Assembly: GCA_027083345.1 (NCBI GenBank)
Contig: JALWOZ010000010.1
Location: 7,301 to 71,300 of the forward strand
Direction of reading: 5' to 3'
From: Candidatus Kaiserbacteria bacterium
Lineage (GTDB): Bacteria > Patescibacteriota > Minisyncoccia > Phycocordibacterales > UBA2100
DNA: 64,000 nt
The position numbers and the translations under genes are program-made. Numbering within the stretch: position 1 is the stretch's first letter; each line of letters opens with the position of its first letter. Positions 62,346 through 64,000 of this stretch are shown one piece after another. A model generated the notes under the pieces. The model made no database searches and was not told where the DNA came from. It saw only the letters and a list, made by a program, of their open reading frames with translations.

Positions 62346-64000
62346 TTGCTTGAGCCTGTAGTCGTCGCTGTTGGAGTTGGGGTCGTTGTAGCGTGCCCAA
62401 CATCTGATAGTGTGGTAGTAGCCGTAGAGTCTGTTGTACTTGCTGTGGTTGTCGCAGTGTCATCTGTTGTTGTAGATGTTGTCTCATTTGTAGTTGTAGA
62501 GGTGCCGGTTGCAAAGTCTTGATTGTTTGATGAGTCTGGAGTACCTACTATCACAGTGCGGGTTGAGGAGGCTGTTACTCCATTGTACTCTGCTCTGTAT
62601 TCTATTGTGTAGGTTGTGCTTGTGCTTGTGTCTATGTCTACTGTTTGTACCTCTGTATTGTCTATATATGTGTGTAATGTTATATCTACTGTGTCTCCAT
62701 TCTCATTTACTGCTGTTGCTGTTGCTCCTAAGTCGCTATAGGTAGAGTTTAGTGCTATCTCTGCTGGGTTGTTGCCGAGGATTGTTATTGTCATAGCGCC
62801 ATCCGTAGTCTCTGACAAAGACGATTCACTTGATGTTTGTGTTGAATTTGTAGATACTGTGGCTAATTGTGCCTTTAGATTTTGCACCTCCTGCTCCAAC
62901 TTAGCTATCCTCTCCTCATTGTTAAATACTTTACCCGCTAAAGACTTTACACCGCTAGACAAGAAGGTTACAAATTTATATAAATCTATACCCTTACCTC
63001 CTTGAGCTAATATATCTAGTGGAGACTCCTCTGCTATGAGCCCAAACCTCTCTGTGCTCGTTGATGCATCACTTTTATAATAATATTTGGCTGCCGTTAA
63101 ATTTAGTAACTTATCTAAGATAGTATCCTCATCTGCTTTGGTTAAGTGTTGTATGTCTTTTTTAGACTCTCTTGTAGATACATTAACAAATGCTTTAGAC
63201 GCTATATTGCCATCTACATATAATTTATATGGTTTTGTTGTAGTGCTTGTTGTTGTGCCTATAGCTATACTCCCATCAGAGTCTATAGAGAATGTCTTAG
63301 ACAACTCTTGCACAGCGCTTAAAGCATACAACTCCAACCCAGTATAGTTAACCTGCTTGTAGCCCTTATCATCTATAACTACGAGCTCAGGGAAGATGCT
63401 CTCAACATTTTGTGCTAATGTTCCTATTTGGTTTGCCTCTGTGCCATACTTGTACTCGTCATATGCAAGCTGGTTCCATTTATAATTAACTACCCTCAAG
63501 CCGGCAAATTTATCTAGTACTCCTGTAATGTCCTCTATATTAGTCTTAAGTCTCTCGTCGGAGCTACATGTACCGGCTATCACCGTACCGTCGGCGTCTT
63601 TTACACATCCTGTCGTACCTGTACCTACTCGTATATCTCCTGACACATCTAGCTTATCTGCCGGCGCCGTCGTCCCAATGCCGACGTTGCCATTACTGTC
63701 CATTGTCATAACTTGAGTACCTACAGATGTTGCAGAAGTTCCATCTTTATACCAAGAAAGGTTGTTCCCATTATCTAACCCTACTCTCCATTGCCAAGCC
63801 CCTTGTTTGTATAGCTGCCAAACTTTATCCGCCGTTAGCTGTTTCTCAATAGAAAAGGCATCTTCTGAAGATCCTGAAGCAGTACTTACATGAAGATGTG
63901 CACCCGGACTCGTCGTACCAATACCCACATTACCATCAGTCCTTACTATAAAGTTACTGCCAGAGGCTCCGGAGCTAGCCTCTATAAGGTTACGAGCACT
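62342..64000 (-). CDS. 5'-partial tail-fibre-like surface protein with S74 intramolecular chaperone domains and a DUF5011-like Ig domain
   Basis: Frame open to the window end; GNVGIGTT repeats, CSSDERLKTNI and VSTRESKKDI S74 starts, coiled coil, ITILGNNP...YSDLGATA, Thr-rich tail. Confidence 0.85.
   Translation of the reverse strand, partial: SARNLIEASSGASGSNFIVRTDGNVGIGTTSPGAHLHVSTASGSSEDAFSIEKQLTADKVWQLYKQGAWQWRVGLDNGNNLSWYKDGTSATSVGTQVMTMDSNGNVGIGTTAPADKLDVSGDIRVGTGTTGCVKDADGTVIAGTCSSDERLKTNIEDITGVLDKFAGLRVVNYKWNQLAYDEYKYGTEANQIGTLAQNVESIFPELVVIDDKGYKQVNYTGLELYALSAVQELSKTFSIDSDGSIAIGTTTSTTTKPYKLYVDGNIASKAFVNVSTRESKKDIQHLTKADEDTILDKLLNLTAAKYYYKSDASTSTERFGLIAEESPLDILAQGGKGIDLYKFVTFLSSGVKSLAGKVFNNEERIAKLEQEVQNLKAQLATVSTNSTQTSSESSLSETTDGAMTITILGNNPAEIALNSTYSDLGATATAVNENGDTVDITLHTYIDNTEVQTVDIDTSTSTTYTIEYRAEYNGVTASSTRTVIVGTPDSSNNQDFATGTSTTTNETTSTTTDDTATTTASTTDSTATTTLSDVGHATTTPTPTATTTGSSN

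Overview
AT-rich bacterial chromosome segment, genetic code 11, with features typical of Patescibacteria/CPR, most likely Parcubacteria (short N-terminally truncated IF2, DUF5667 and DUF5674 proteins, pilin cluster, giant surface proteins, few Shine-Dalgarno sites; the taxonomy is inference). From left to right: a redox/metal block (flavoprotein-DedA fusion, VKOR/DsbA, CsoR-controlled merF-like/copB operon); an ArsR-associated oxidative pentose-phosphate operon; a P3A H+-ATPase; typA; a ZIP transporter; a 2250-aa LamG surface protein with a minimal PrsW protease; an ECF sigma/anti-sigma module with three copies of a shared promoter motif; core genes (infB, rbfA, gatCAB, groESL, ligA, pilins/pilD, rpoBC, parB, miaA, rpmG, def); six tRNAs; and a partial S74 tail-fibre-like surface protein. 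The most unusual signal is a tRNA-Leu(CAA) locus in which a small GIY-YIG nuclease gene lies between a duplicated tRNA 5' half (carrying a perfect 20-bp palindrome in its D-loop) and the intact tRNA. A decayed version of the same layout precedes tRNA-Leu(TAA), and other short palindromic elements occur in frame in typA and beside tRNA-Gln. No CRISPR array, integrase, transposase or rRNA was seen.
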